A stretch of DNA of 63,994 nt, filler included, from Dirinaria sp. TL-2023a (lineage: Eukaryota), in the NCBI GenBank assembly GCA_051941275.1. It is 4 parts of 4 records of this genome, joined end to end, with 100 filler letters (N's around TTAATTAATTAA, not from the genome) between each part and the next. Parts side by side here need not be neighbours in the genome. Positions count along the whole stretch, not along the records: positions 1 to 16,064 come from JAVEBF010000510.1; positions 16,165 to 32,222 come from JAVEBF010000511.1; 2 more parts are not named here. One strand, 5' to 3'. The notes under the pieces are model-generated. The model had not been told where the DNA came from and ran no database searches. It was given only the letters and a program-made list of their open reading frames with translations. Positions 11,536-23,984 of the stretch are shown one piece after another. Each line of letters starts with the position of its first letter. Position 1 is the stretch's first letter. Made by a program: the position numbers and the translations under genes.

Positions 11536-14500
11536 ATGGACTGCTCTGGGATTCGGCAAGGTGAGACTTTTGCAGACGATGAAATCAAGCCTCGGCCATT
11601 AAGGATCATCAAGCGAGAGCGCAACACGATCTCCGACTTCGCGTTTGGCCGGAAATCCCCGGTTTGCCACGATTTCCAACACTTTACAGCAAGGCGGATG
11701 CCCGTTTACGGTAGCGAGAACATCAGCAACGATAAGTATGTCTCAAGTGGAAGGAGAAGATGTGCCGAGTTTAGACAAGCGCCAAATGCGGTTGCGGTTG
11801 CGGATGCGAATGCTAATGCTAAGCGAGAAGCTTGCCCGGGATCGAAAGTAGAAGTACCAACTCAAGCAGGCAACGCCCTCCACGTACCTAAGCAGCGTTG
11901 TACGAACGCTAACACGAGGCGGCTGAGCTCGGTCCTCGGCAGCGTTGCCGGCGACATTGACACCTCGTCATACTCGAGCGCACGTATCAGAGGCAAGAGT
12001 TCCCCCCGCTCCGCTTCCAAGACAATGTCCCAGAGTTCAGGAGCCTGTGACTGCGTCCAAACGATTGCGTCTGCTTCCCGTCGGGCGGCCACGTCGGGGG
12101 CTCTTGGTGACGGATGTTCATCACATCCGTCTACCGACGGTCCGGCTATACCAACAGGGCCCACACCGTTCCCGACTCGTAGCCGCTCAAGAGCCGTTAC
12201 AACGGATTGTGTCGTTCGAGGAAGCGCAGACCTTGCTGCGCAACAAGATCACAACCTTCCACGCTCGCGTGAGCAGCCATCGCTGCGGCATCGTCTATTC
12301 TCTCGAGTTGTGCATGGAGTCGCTGGTAAACCAAATGTCAGTTGCGCGGCGTTAGAACGGGAAGCGCTGGCGCGAGGTCTTCACAGCAATGACAATGGCA
12401 GTGCAGAACCGCCCCGGAGTGCCCGCATTGGACGACCACGCACAGCATCAGCTTCAAGCGTTGAAACGGCGTCGACTTTCCTTGGTGGTATTGACTTGGC
12501 ACTGGCAGCCTTTCCGACGCCGCCAAAATCCACAGTGACTTCTCCTACCACAACATCGTCTTTTGAAACGTCCCATGCTGCATATGTGCCATCCAGAGTG
12601 TCGTTGAGGCCTCCGGATATTGCGCTGCCAACTGTGCAGCTTAGCGCTATCCCTGAAGTGGACGAGTTGAGCGTTCGTGACGGGCAGACTCTATTCGTCG
12701 CTGTTGAAATCACTGAAGGTATAGGCTTTATCAACCAAACTTGCGACCTTGCGCCACAGGCGAAGGGACTTGACGTTGCAATTGTCATTGACAGCTCGTA
12801 AGTGGTTTCCTTGGAACCTTTCGTACTGCAACTGATGTTTGCTCCTAGGCTTTTCACTTCGCCGGCAGCGCTCATAGCAAGCTGTGAGGCTGCACGTTTC
12901 ATAGCATCGTTGCTCAGTCCTGCCATGGACCGGCTCGCTGTTCTCTCCACCCGGCCACGGAGGACTGACGCTCCTGATTTCAACATTGTGTCTCCTCTAA
13001 GTTCTACGAGCATACGCCAAATTAAGTCGGCTGTTGATAGTATAGTAAGCTCGACGGAGAAGCCCGAGCCAGCTGCGCTAGCTACAGCTCTGGATTGCGC
13101 CATAGGTCTGCTTACCGACGCTGCAACGCAAAATGCGGACAGTGAGCCACAGGGTGATGCATATGGCCATCTTTTCGTCTTGACCAGCAACATACATGGC
13201 ATCAGTCCGACTCTGCTTGAACACGAAAAGCTCTCTGTGCACGTCATATGCGCAGGCAGTGTGCCCTGGAAAGGTGCAAACGATGTCCCTTGCAATGGCT
13301 GGAGACTTGACGCTCCGTGCTCGAGCCCCTTGCAGAACATGTCTTCTAGGAAAGATGTTGACCAGCGTAGCCTCTTCAACCAACTGCAGAGGATCATAAC
13401 GCTTGCCCGAAGCGGAAAGATTTGTGGTAAGGTGACCGATCTCGTCCTTGATATCCAAGCTGGTCCAGCTTGCAGTATCGAAGGCGTAATGGGCTCAAAA
13501 TTTGTAGCAAGGCTTTGCCCTGGAGAAGTGACTACAGCATTGGTAAAGTTAAGAGTAGGTGCGGCAGTTACGGGAGGCTACACGCTTTCCCATTCAATGC
13601 AGCAACCCACTTCACCCGGTTCTGCGAGCTACAATGACCTGCTTAACGAAGTTGAGGCCATGCTGGGCGCATCTTCTGCACCAATACTAATAGCAAAGCT
13701 CACATATAGACATTCTCTGCTGCCAACAGGTACACGATGCTCTACTATCACAGCAGCTAAGCTTAAGCTTTCTATATCTGACGTGAGATTGGATAGCAGT
13801 CCAGCAAGAACAATGAAGTCCAAAGCTACAGAGAATCGTGTGGCGGTACAGAAACGCCTAGTTCAACATCTAGCAACGCACCATACCCCGAGACACGCTA
13901 TTCTCACCTTGCAAGAAAACTTTGGAGCTGAAGGCCGAAAGTCTGTGTGTCCGGAATACATCAAGCTCGTAACTACAGAGCTCAAATACCAAGCTCGCGT
14001 TACAGAACGCTTTGACCTTGCGATGTATACAAGTATTAGCCCGTATGCGAGCCGAAACATCTCGCTGACCAACACATATGAACACTTCGGCCAAGGACTC
14101 TTCGCCGCATCGAACTACAGGCCGCAGGACTGGCTGCCGGCGGCCATTGAAGATGACAGTAGCCCTCGGCGCTCTGGGAAGACGAGCTCTACCAACCGGA
14201 CGTCAAAGCGAGCCCAGGGAGGATCCGGTCCTCGCAAGACAGTAGTCTTGCACACAGGCAGCGTGCGCCAGCAAATCTCCAGACCATCAGCCCGCCAAGC
14301 TGGTGTCATGCCAACAGCCAACAGTCGCAACTCCAGCGCACTCCAGGCCACGAATAAAGGAATAGGCCCTGAAGCCCGCGGATTCTCGAGCGACAAAGGT
14401 AAAATCTCGAACGGAGACAGGAGCTCTGTAAACTTGAGCAGGCCGAGCGGTGTAAGCGAGACCCCACCCATGGAAGGAAGCAGAAGTCCCAAAGCATTGG

Positions 14501-14598
14501 TGGTACGGAATAATGGAACCATTGGGGCAGAAATTCTAAACAGCCAGGAAGGTAGGGGACTCGCCAGAGCGAAGGAAAATGTGGCGCCCCGTTCGTGA
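11536..14598 (+). CDS. Uncharacterised protein of about 1000 aa with central vWA-like domain; intron 12798-12848
   Basis: 421- and 598-aa ORFs join in frame; LDVAIVIDSS...DRLAVL...ALATALDCAIGLL...HLFVLTS...VHVI follows the vWA beta/alpha pattern; disordered termini. Confidence 0.75.
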
Positions 14599-16064
14599 CC
14601 TTTCACTGAACAGTTGGAGGATGCGACAGCTGTGCGGTAGTGGTGTGGTAGTGACTGGAAAAGGAGGACGTTGTGACTTTTTGCTTTGCTTTGCACGCCT
14701 ATAGCATGGAGTATGAAGGTCCTTGTAAATTTAGCGCTATTGCTTATAGATCCGGCATTGAAAGGATTGACGATGATGAGAGGAAGCCCTTGAATTCGCG
14801 TAGTGGTGTGTTAAAGGCGTTCATCCTCTTCTCATTGGATCTCCGACTGAGTCTGAAAGCTTGGAAGTAGTAAGGTACTTCCGAAACACTATACAGTAGG
14901 TATAGTGACGGCGAGACACTATCTTGCTTTCATTCCTCCCGACACCCGATGTTTGTGTCGTTTCGCGGCAGGACAGCTTTTTGGGTTCTGCCTTGTCCCA
15001 CATTTTGCACCCTTTTCACTAGCTCATTGCCAACCCACTGTACATACATGCAGAAGGCAAAGCGCTCAACGTCGTTAAGAGACTCTACAATGTCGCCCGG
15101 AAGGGTTCTTTCAATCAGCCTGAGCTTGTAAAGCATCACTAACTTCACCAGGCACTCAGTCATCGAAGCATGATCTATTTACAGCCAGCAAGAGTCTACG
15201 TCCGGTACTTTACTATGCGCCTTACCTGAAGTACCTTATCGAGTATTGCTCTGGCAGATCTTGGGCTAAGCTGGGCTGCAAACCTAATACTGTACTACGG
15301 ACAATAGCTGAAGGAGGACTAAAGGAGCTAAGACCATTTTGCTTCACTGCGTCTGTAGTCAAGCCTGGTTTCTGGGTCATCATTGATTCTGAGAACAATC
15401 ATGATTACGAGGATAGTTATTAAGACAGTCTATGTGAAATTTAGCACGATGTTGCCTATGTGAAAGCGAAATGATCATCTATGTCGATTGCTATGGATTC
15501 TGAGCATTCGAAAAGATATATTTCAGAATCACCTCTTAATTGATGCATGTAGAACTAGAAGCAGCAGATTGCCTGATGGTGATGAAAAGGCATTTCGATG
15601 GGGTGAAAATCTTTCCCGTAACCCTAACCCTAACATAAAGTAGGTGAATGCGAGTATATTTAATGTAAGGATGTATTTTTTGGCAATAGTAGCCTAGATA
15701 CTACCCCTCATTAATAATTTGATCATCAGGCATCATACATATGCAGTGGATATATGTACGAGTACCTGACATGAGTTTGCTGTAAGGTACTGCACAAGCG
15801 TACCTACATCAGCCTCAACAAGCGCATGCCGTCATTTCTCGAAAGAAGCCCCTCCCCCACCTCCAATACCTAAGGTAATCCAGCCCACCAACTTAGCTCA
15901 CTACTACCTAAGGTACCTTACCTTACTCAAGGTACTGTACCCTAAGGTAGCCCACCAAGAGTAAGGTAAGGCACCATATCAAAATAGCCCATTCTAGCCC
16001 ACCGATCGGCCCACGTCGCTCGCTTCCATTCCCATTGACAGAACTTAAGATCACCCCCCCTTTC

Positions 16065-16164
16065 NNNNNNNNNNNNNNNNNNNNNNNNNNNNNNNNNNNN
16101 NNNNNNNNTTAATTAATTAANNNNNNNNNNNNNNNNNNNNNNNNNNNNNNNNNNNNNNNNNNNN
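16065..16164. other. Artificial contig linker (N run, TTAATTAATTAA, N run)
   Basis: 100-nt spacer with stops in all six frames; the same pattern occurs three times. Confidence 0.97.
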
Positions 16165-16496
16165 GGTATGAAAAATCAATATATGTAAGCAGTAAAAAGG
16201 TTAGCTATCAGAGTCCCTGGTCCTTAGAGGAAGTCCGAAATCCATTTCTCTGGATGATCCCCAAACCATTTTTTTCCATTTAATCAAAATACAAGAAGCC
16301 AGTGATCGCTGGGTGCAGAGATCATCGATATTCAACCTATATACCCCCCATATTTGATTGATAGGGAGAGAGTATTTGAGAGAGGGAATTTTTTTTTCGA
16401 GGACTCGGAAACCTACAAGAAAAGAAAGAAATCTTGACTAAAAATTAAGGAGGTACCTTGCATGGCTCAGGAAACATTTTCTACGTGTTGATAAGA

Positions 16497-17010
16497 TGAA
16501 TTTTGACATTTTCGCCGCTCTCGTCCACAGCGTGGTAGAAGGTAAGCGTTGATGAAGATAGCCTGAATAGCGTTTGAGGCACATGGTCTAGGCTAACATA
16601 CAATCAGACCGTCACTTGCTTCTAATATAGGTTTCAGGAGTACAAAGGGAAATCAAATCTATAGTATTTCTTTCAAAAACAAGTACTGCTACGGCTAAAG
16701 CATTTCTGCCTTTTGACTTGACAAGACGTATTTTTGACAAAATAAAATTCTGGTGTCTGAGAATAGCCTGTCGTGGCATAGTTTTAAAGATTGTAATCCC
16801 ATATGGTATCGCGATCGCCACACTTTCGAGGTCTCAGGCGGAGATGAGAAGTTACTGCGCCAGTCTAGAAGTGGAAGTCGTAACGTAACAGAGCCATGGC
16901 ATAACAGACTGTTGAATGTAATGGACCTCTTTGTTCCCTCTCCAGTCACTGGACGAGCCCATTTTGGACAATTTGTAGAGTATGATCAGGAGAATGAATT
17001 CCCAGTTTAA
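16497..17010 (+). pseudogene. Possible decayed gene fragment of unknown family
   Basis: Canonical intron-like GTAAGC...GCTAAC...CAG (about 16542-16607) followed by a protein-like frame broken by TAA/TGA/TGA before ...WHSFKDCNPIWYRDRH... Confidence 0.3.
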
Positions 17011-19639
17011 CATCAATCTCATTGTGATATGCTATTTTTTGCGTGCTCGCGAATGACTTCTTTGCGCTAAAAGTAGACTGCAAAGAGGTATCTCCAGATT
17101 GCTGGGTTAGCTGTGTCCAAGAGGAAGACCGATTGACAGCTTGTCACGTGAGTGGTTTGTCTCGTCATTGTAAAGATTGATCACGACGTAGTAGCTAAGC
17201 GCCGTGGCCACCTTACGAGCTGTAGGTATGCCCGGGCACTCCTTTAAGCTTTAGCAGGATTCAGCAGCCGTTGAGTTTAATAGTCGTTTGGGGAAGGTAT
17301 CTCAGGCACAGTAACTGTACTTCGAAGTTCCACTTCACCACTAGCGTGGGAATTCCATCGTGCCCAGCCAATAGGCAAGAGCACGCTAGAGGATGCATGC
17401 TATTTTGTGCGAGGACCTTTTCGCGGCCTATGAGCAAGCAGAAGCTGACTCCGCGTTCACCCACGCTTGTACCTTGTTCTTTCCCTGGCCTGTTGCTGGC
17501 CTCCCATTTGATAGCTGTGCGTTCGTCACCTCCGCGCACGCAGCACTTGTTGCTCACATTACTTATGAGAGCCCGATTGTACGGTACGAATAGTGAGCCA
17601 GCGACTAATGTAAATTCGGTAATTTCTGACATCGCTCCAAGCGCGACAAATTCATATTCGGGGTAAAGTCTTGAACATGCTGCATTATTTGCAGCATTGT
17701 TGACAATCATGGTTGCCTTTCAGCTTTCCGCCACTGACTGCCAAGCTAGTCAATGTTGGATTGGCCAAGGAGAGTGCTGGGGGCGACCTAGGCCAAGATA
17801 GATTAGCTGGTGTCATACTCAGCGGAAGAGAAAAGAAATCCGCAAGGCACTGCTCTCCACAGCAGCTGCAAACACCATTCAAGAGAACCAATCTTAGCCT
17901 TGCTCAGTCGTCATCCCCCTCCATGTGGAGCCCGGAGATGGCCAGAGCCTCGTCGGTATGGCCGAAGCTTTGAATCGACGATCGGCTGGGTCTCCCTTAC
18001 TTGAATGCCAGTTGAAAGAGGGAAAGATCTGACAATCAGGCATATGGTATTGGTCGGCAACAAGCATGGCTTGTCCTCGGGATGTTCGGCAAGCAATGAT
18101 CCGTAAGCTGTCACATCTGCCTGGCCCTCAGTGATGTAAATTTGTGGGTTCTCCGAATGATCACGCTATATCCTGAGGTTTATCATAGGTCAATACCCAA
18201 GACGCCAATGCAGGCTTCTCCCGACTAGAGGGGTCTGCGTGCTTCCCCTCAATTGACTGTGGCCACAGCAATGCTTGGTTAAGCACAGCTTCAGACCCGG
18301 AGTGCCCCGAGCCAATACCGCTTGATATCACCACAGCTGATATCACCACAGCAATTGGCCCACATCGTAACTGCTTGAGATGGATGGTGTGATGTGAAAG
18401 AGACCGCATACTTAGGGGGAGACGGGACGGAAAGAGTGTCTCATGTCTGAGTAACATCTTATCGAAGGAGTGGCTGGATTGACATCGAGCCTCTGCTTCG
18501 AGATGCACGCCCTGCGGTACTGTGCGGCGTTACTGATTGTTAGCCTCACATTAGCGTTGCAGTGCTCCTATTCTGTTGTTGAATCTTCCCTGAAGGAGTG
18601 CATGCCTGTGCAAGGGCAGAGAAATTTTCGCTGGAAAGTTCTGATTGGTGCTCTGATCCGCTGTTGAATAAAACTTGATATGGATTGCTCGAATCCACAG
18701 CCATTGACGTGTGGCAATTTGTAGATATGAAGATCATAACGTCTTACCAACTACTTTGGTGATAAGCTTCCACATAGTGTCCCGAAAACTCGGCAATTGG
18801 AGGTAATAGTGGGGATTGCAGCGGCAACGACTGATATCTGGGTGGTTCTCAGCTCATGTGATTCATTACAAAACGAGCTGACATGCAGCAAGAAAAGCTG
18901 ACACGCTAGGTAAGCTGATCGAAGAACAAGGAGACCAATTGCAGAAGCAAGAAGTTGGCAGACAGGTAGTTTCTGATTCAATGACTGGACAATAAGGAGA
19001 TACTACCAAACCTCGCACCATGTGAATTCCTGCAGCTCGGCTTTAGGTCCACTAGTAACGTACGACCCTGTTGACCAACGGATCTCCACGGAATACTGTG
19101 GTAAAACGGCTCGAGCTGAGCTCAAGGATCGTCCAGCAACCAAGAAATGATTGGGTGAAATTTGTGATAACAAAGATAGCTTGAGAATCAGGAGATTAGT
19201 CCAGGGCTCCTGCGTTGATTCGCCGACGCGAGCGAAGAAGTTGATGGGGCACGACTGAACGGCACCGAGGCCGATATCACGTCCGCTTCTCTTCAAACAT
19301 AAATATCGGGTTCTTCTCCCTCAGCGGCTACGTCTTTGTCTGCAGCAGCTCAAGCGCCATCAAGTTGACCGTTCAGCATCGCGCCGTGGCCATATTCTTC
19401 AAGAAGCTCAGACGATCACCGCTGTGAACAAGCCGCTACTTCCACGTTAGTTCAGACAACAGGCAAGCAGACGCTGTTTGAACTGACAGTTGTAGATCTT
19501 CGGTCTTTCCCTGTAACAACCCCATACCGGCAGTACTCGGTATCTCATAGAAAGGAACCATAGAAAGGTAAGCAGGAAGCATGAACGAGTCTATGCTGGA
19601 ACGTCCACTAACTAGGATTGAGAAAAGACAAGTCAAAAC

Positions 19640-19972
19640 ATGTGTTTCTTCGACCAGCACCGGTTTGCATGCGGCGACTGGAAATGGGGCCACTTCAGAC
19701 AACATTGCAATAGGGAATACCGTACAGGTGAAACTTGCGGTATGAAACTCATCATGCATACGGTCCAAGTCCCTCAGAAGTGCAAACTTTGCGACAAGAT
19801 CGATACCAAGCAGCGACGCCGGAGCGCTGAGTACGAACGCATCAGCCGCTGGAAAAGGGAGGGAGGTAAATTTCGAGCGTCAATTGAACGCTCTTCTGAC
19901 ATGATCGAAACACTTTCGCATGAGATCAACAACCTGTTGATGGAGCGTCAGAGAAGGCTCTCGGCAATCTGA
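19640..19972 (+). CDS. Small conserved-type hypothetical protein, Cys/His-rich N-terminus plus C-terminal coiled coil (110 aa)
   Basis: MCFFDQHRFACGDWKWGHFRQHCNREYRTGETCGMKL...CKLC; strong start context (aaaacATG); resembles a widespread uncharacterised Pezizomycotina family (recognised from memory). Confidence 0.85.
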   Translation: MCFFDQHRFACGDWKWGHFRQHCNREYRTGETCGMKLIMHTVQVPQKCKLCDKIDTKQRRRSAEYERISRWKREGGKFRASIERSSDMIETLSHEINNLLMERQRRLSAI

Positions 19973-20736
19973 GATGAATGGTTTTAGTCGGTCAGGACGG
20001 GCGCTGCCGCAGTTCCCTGGGGTTTCGTGATTGGACTTTTCTTGTATCTAAAGTAGGATGTAGTACTAAGGCTGGCTGCTCATGCTAGGCATGGCATGCT
20101 ACTCTTATGTTTCAATCGGCAATTTCTTCTTTATCTGCTTCATGAGATTATTCTGCCATTTGACGATGCTTTAGCGCTGTGCAGTTGTTGAGACAATGTC
20201 GTAGCCGCCAGCCCCGTGCTCAGACAAGAACTTCTTCTGCAGCAAAGATGCCCAAAGGATACTGGCTATGGGACCGCTTCGTATTGTGATGCTCTCATTC
20301 TCCCGTGAGGTATACAAGTTGATAAATGATCAATTGATTCGAAAGGTCAGAAGACTCTCCGGCTCAGATGGAAAGGGTTGTGAGGGTTGATGCGTTGTCA
20401 ACTTTGGACTCGAGGAAGGCGCTAGGACTGAGCACAGACCGCCGAGACCGCCTGAGCACTTCAGCCCTACAGTCTAAACCTTGGCACCCCTTATCACGTG
20501 ATTATCCTTCTTGGCCGAAAACCTAAGGACAGTAAGGAAAGGAATAAGGAATAGGGACAAAGTCGGTTGGTAACTAGTATGCTTACTGGGCTGGCAACCC
20601 ATGCAGACCATAACTGAAGTACGAGCCATGGATGGAATCCTTGAATGACGGTCTCAGCTACGTACGCTTCCATTGGTGTCTAGAATGAATACAATGTTAC
20701 TCGAACGCCTGACGCCGCCGTGCTACAATCATGATG

Positions 20737-21680
20737 CTACCCCGTGTCGGCCTCTTCTTCCTTTGCCAGTCCATGTTCTTTCAGAAGCGTTGTGATCTCG
20801 TCAGCGCCCCAGAGATGGTGGTAGACTGTCCCACCTTTGGTCTTTCCGACAGTTGCGAATTCAACTACAGGGTTTGATCAGCCTGATTTCAAAGCCGGAA
20901 GGAGGAAAGGGAAAGGGAGGGAGGTGAGGTGAGGGGGTGGGTTATCGCACTCTTCTCGCTACTTAGCTTGGTCGAGTCCATCGTTTTACTCAGTACTTTC
21001 ACAGCCAGCCCGCAAGCATCTTTTAGATCGCATTCTTCCTTGTAATCTTGCTTTAGCAGGCTCTGGGCGCTGGCGTTGTTAGCGCCAACGCTCGTTGCCT
21101 TCCATCCACCGTAATTGCCGCTGGGATTACTCTGATATAGCTGGAACTGGCGTTGTGGATCGTAGCCGGCATAGATGAAGGAGACACCAAAGGGACGAAG
21201 ACCGCCGTGTTGTGTATACCCTTGCTTCAGATCGCATAATCTCCTGACTAGCTGCTCACATGGAATCTCTTCGTTGTAGGTCAGAAGATATCGTTGTGCA
21301 GCTTGCCGAGCGTAGTTGATCAATATATTTGCATCGGCCGTCATACCGGCGACAGCGCAGATCATATTACTTTAGAAGTCAGCAGATGATGCACGATGAG
21401 CTCGTGCTGACACACTCATTCAATATGTAGAGTTTCTCTGCCGATGTATCTTGTTCAAGGAGCTTGCTCGTAACTTTCCGCTCCGCGGCCAGAACGATTC
21501 CATCGGTGGCCAGGATCCCAATAGCTGTTCCTGCATGTGATATGGCTTCCAAAGCGTACTCGACTTGGTACAGCCGTCCCTCTGGTGAGAATATTGTTGT
21601 CTAAAAGCTCTGTGTTAATTGGTGGTATCGCAGCGTTTGCTCGGAATTGATTATACCCTCGAATCATATCTTCTCGACAT
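20737..21680 (-). CDS. PRE9: 20S proteasome subunit alpha-3 (PSMA4/Pre9); 4 exons
   Basis: [24 protein letters not shown]...; [47 protein letters not shown]. Confidence 0.97.
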
Positions 21681-21948
21681 TTTAGCTAGTGAATGAATGT
21701 CAAAAACTTTCAACTCCACCAAGGACGATCTGAGAGTGCTATGCTGAGAGGTTCAGGAAGGGTGGAGATTTGAAGCTGCTGGACTGCTGAAGCTCAGGCT
21801 TCACAGCAAACGCGTTCGAAGCTTGAAATCCGAGGATTCTCCGAGGTGGAACCGGGGTTCTAGCATTGACTACCTTAGTATGTTATAATCTTCCTGATGA
21901 AACTCCTTCTTCTAGAAGATCTTTTTGCCAGATATTCGCAGCATAGAT

Positions 21949-23778
21949 ATGTTGAAATCGACTTATAAGCCCGCTCCACCGCCTCAAACACTGCCTAATG
22001 GATGGACCGAGCACTTGGCACCTAGCGGTAGGTTCCACATTGACATTCCTGCGGCCATTCACTTACTGACTTGCCCAGAGAGAAATGCTGATATGAGGTC
22101 TCGATTCTAGGTCATCGGTACTATTATAATGCTGCAAAACAAGAGTCCACATATGTTCGCCCAACAGACTCGCAGCAAGCGACTCCCGCGCAGACTCCCG
22201 CGACAGCATATCAAGGGCTCCACGGGGACCATGGACGAGTCTTCGGGAACTGGCCTCCACAGGGCCCGCCAGTCTCTGAACAACTGCCAGCCTCTCAAGG
22301 GGAAGCCTACCGACAAGGACGATATGGCAATGCGCACAACCAGCGGCGTCGACCGGAACCGATCGATCGACCTAAGTCAAAGCATGTCATTCCAGGGTGC
22401 TCACCTTGGCTTTTGGTCAACACGAAGCTTGGACGGCGTTTTGTCTTCAATCCTGATAGTCGTGAAAGCTTCTGGAAGTTTCCTGCTGAAGTTATGAAAG
22501 GCGTTGTGGAATATGATAGGCTCGAACGGGAGAAAAAGCAAAAGGCTGCACAGCGCGATGTAGCAGAGACTCAAGCCCATCAGCAGTCCACGGCCGCAGA
22601 AGGTGATGCAGTTGCAATCGGCCCGATTTCTACTGGATCGCCTTCACACGGGATGATCTCCCGTGACAGCGGTGCTGAGGCTAGCAGTGATGAGTATGAA
22701 GAAGTCGAAGTCACGGATGATGAGGACGAGGAAAATGCATCCAAGCGACAGAAATTGGAGGAAGGTAGTACTGAACAGCCAGTAGAATTCAATGAGGATG
22801 ATATAGCATACCAGCTTGCTGCCATGGGTCAAGACTATGGCCTTGACCCGGGCGAGTATGGCGAAGGAGGTGACGACGTTGAGGAAGGAGCCGAGGGACT
22901 ACCTCTGACAGAAGAAGATTCACATGCGTTATTCAAGGACATGCTGGATGATCACAATATTAATCCATACACTACTTGGGATAAGATTATTGAAGCCGGA
23001 CACTTGTTGGAAGACGATCGATATACTGTCCTACCAAACATGAAATCTCGAAGAGAATTATGGGCCAATTGGAGCCGCGAGAAGATCCAGCAGCTGAAGG
23101 AGCAGCGCGAAAACCAGGAGAAGAAAGACCCGCTGATACCGTACATGGCATTCTTGCAGAAATATGCGACTCCGAAGCTCTTCTGGCCGGAATTCAAAAG
23201 AAAGTACAAGAAAGAGCCAGAAATGCGTAATGCGAGAGTATCCGACAAGGACCGCGAAAAGTGGTATCGTGAATATATCAATCGTAGGTTTCGTGTGCGC
23301 TGCCCGATGGGTCCTCTGCTGATAGTCACCGGCAGGTCTCAAGCTGCCCGAGAAAACACTGAAGTCCGATCTCAAGGCTCTCTTGAAATTTCTGCCCTTG
23401 CATGCGCTCAACAGATCCTCAACATTAGAAGCTCTTCCACCTGCGATGCTAACAGATTTGCGATACATCGCTTTGAAACCAGCAGTTCGTGATCCAATCA
23501 TCGAATCTCATATACTGGATCTACCTCCAGCGCCAGCTGGTCTCGAGGGCTCAGAAGGCCCAGAGGAAATGACGAAACAGAGACAGGAGCGGGAGCGGAG
23601 GGAGAAAGCACTCGCAGAACGACAACTGCGCGTCGAGGAAGAGAAGAGGCGGCAACGAGGGGCGTTGCAATTCAGCAAAGGCATGCTTAGAGAGGGCGAA
23701 CAGGAGCTAGAGAGGGCGAAGAAGGTTGGTAAAGAAGGGTTGCTAGGTTACATGCAGGAAGAGCGGCCGGCAGGATGA
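21949..23778 (+). CDS. WW/FF-domain splicing and transcription-elongation factor (TCERG1/Urn1-like); introns 22028-22110 and about 23285-23335
   Basis: WW domain LPNGWTEHLAPSGHRYYYNAAKQESTYVRP; second WW WLLVNTKLGRRFVFNPDSRESFWKFP; FF-like ALFKDMLDDHNINPYTTWDK...DDRY. Confidence 0.88.
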
Positions 23779-23984
23779 TCAGAGGATCTGATATTAATTT
23801 GATACACTGAGGTAATCTCAGATACACTGCAGTACATTCTGCATTGAACATTGCGCATAGTGCTGGTAACTTAGCTCTGCCACAGCCGAAATCTTGCATG
23901 GTCCTATCGTACTGTCCAAGGCTTGCTGGCGGGTATCAATTTACCAGAGACGCCCACTCGAAGAACAGCCGCCAGTCCATGCTT

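Noticed and set aside
12381..13397. 338-aa antisense ORF
   Set aside because: Fully overlaps the vWA-like gene; shadow ORF with no motifs. The same applies to most antisense ORFs in the track.
16109..16120. TTAATTAATTAA as a biological repeat or CRISPR-like element
   Set aside because: Embedded in N runs at three contig joins; an assembly linker.
18323..18352. Perfect 15-bp tandem duplication TGATATCACCACAGC x2
   Set aside because: Single local duplication with no element between the copies.
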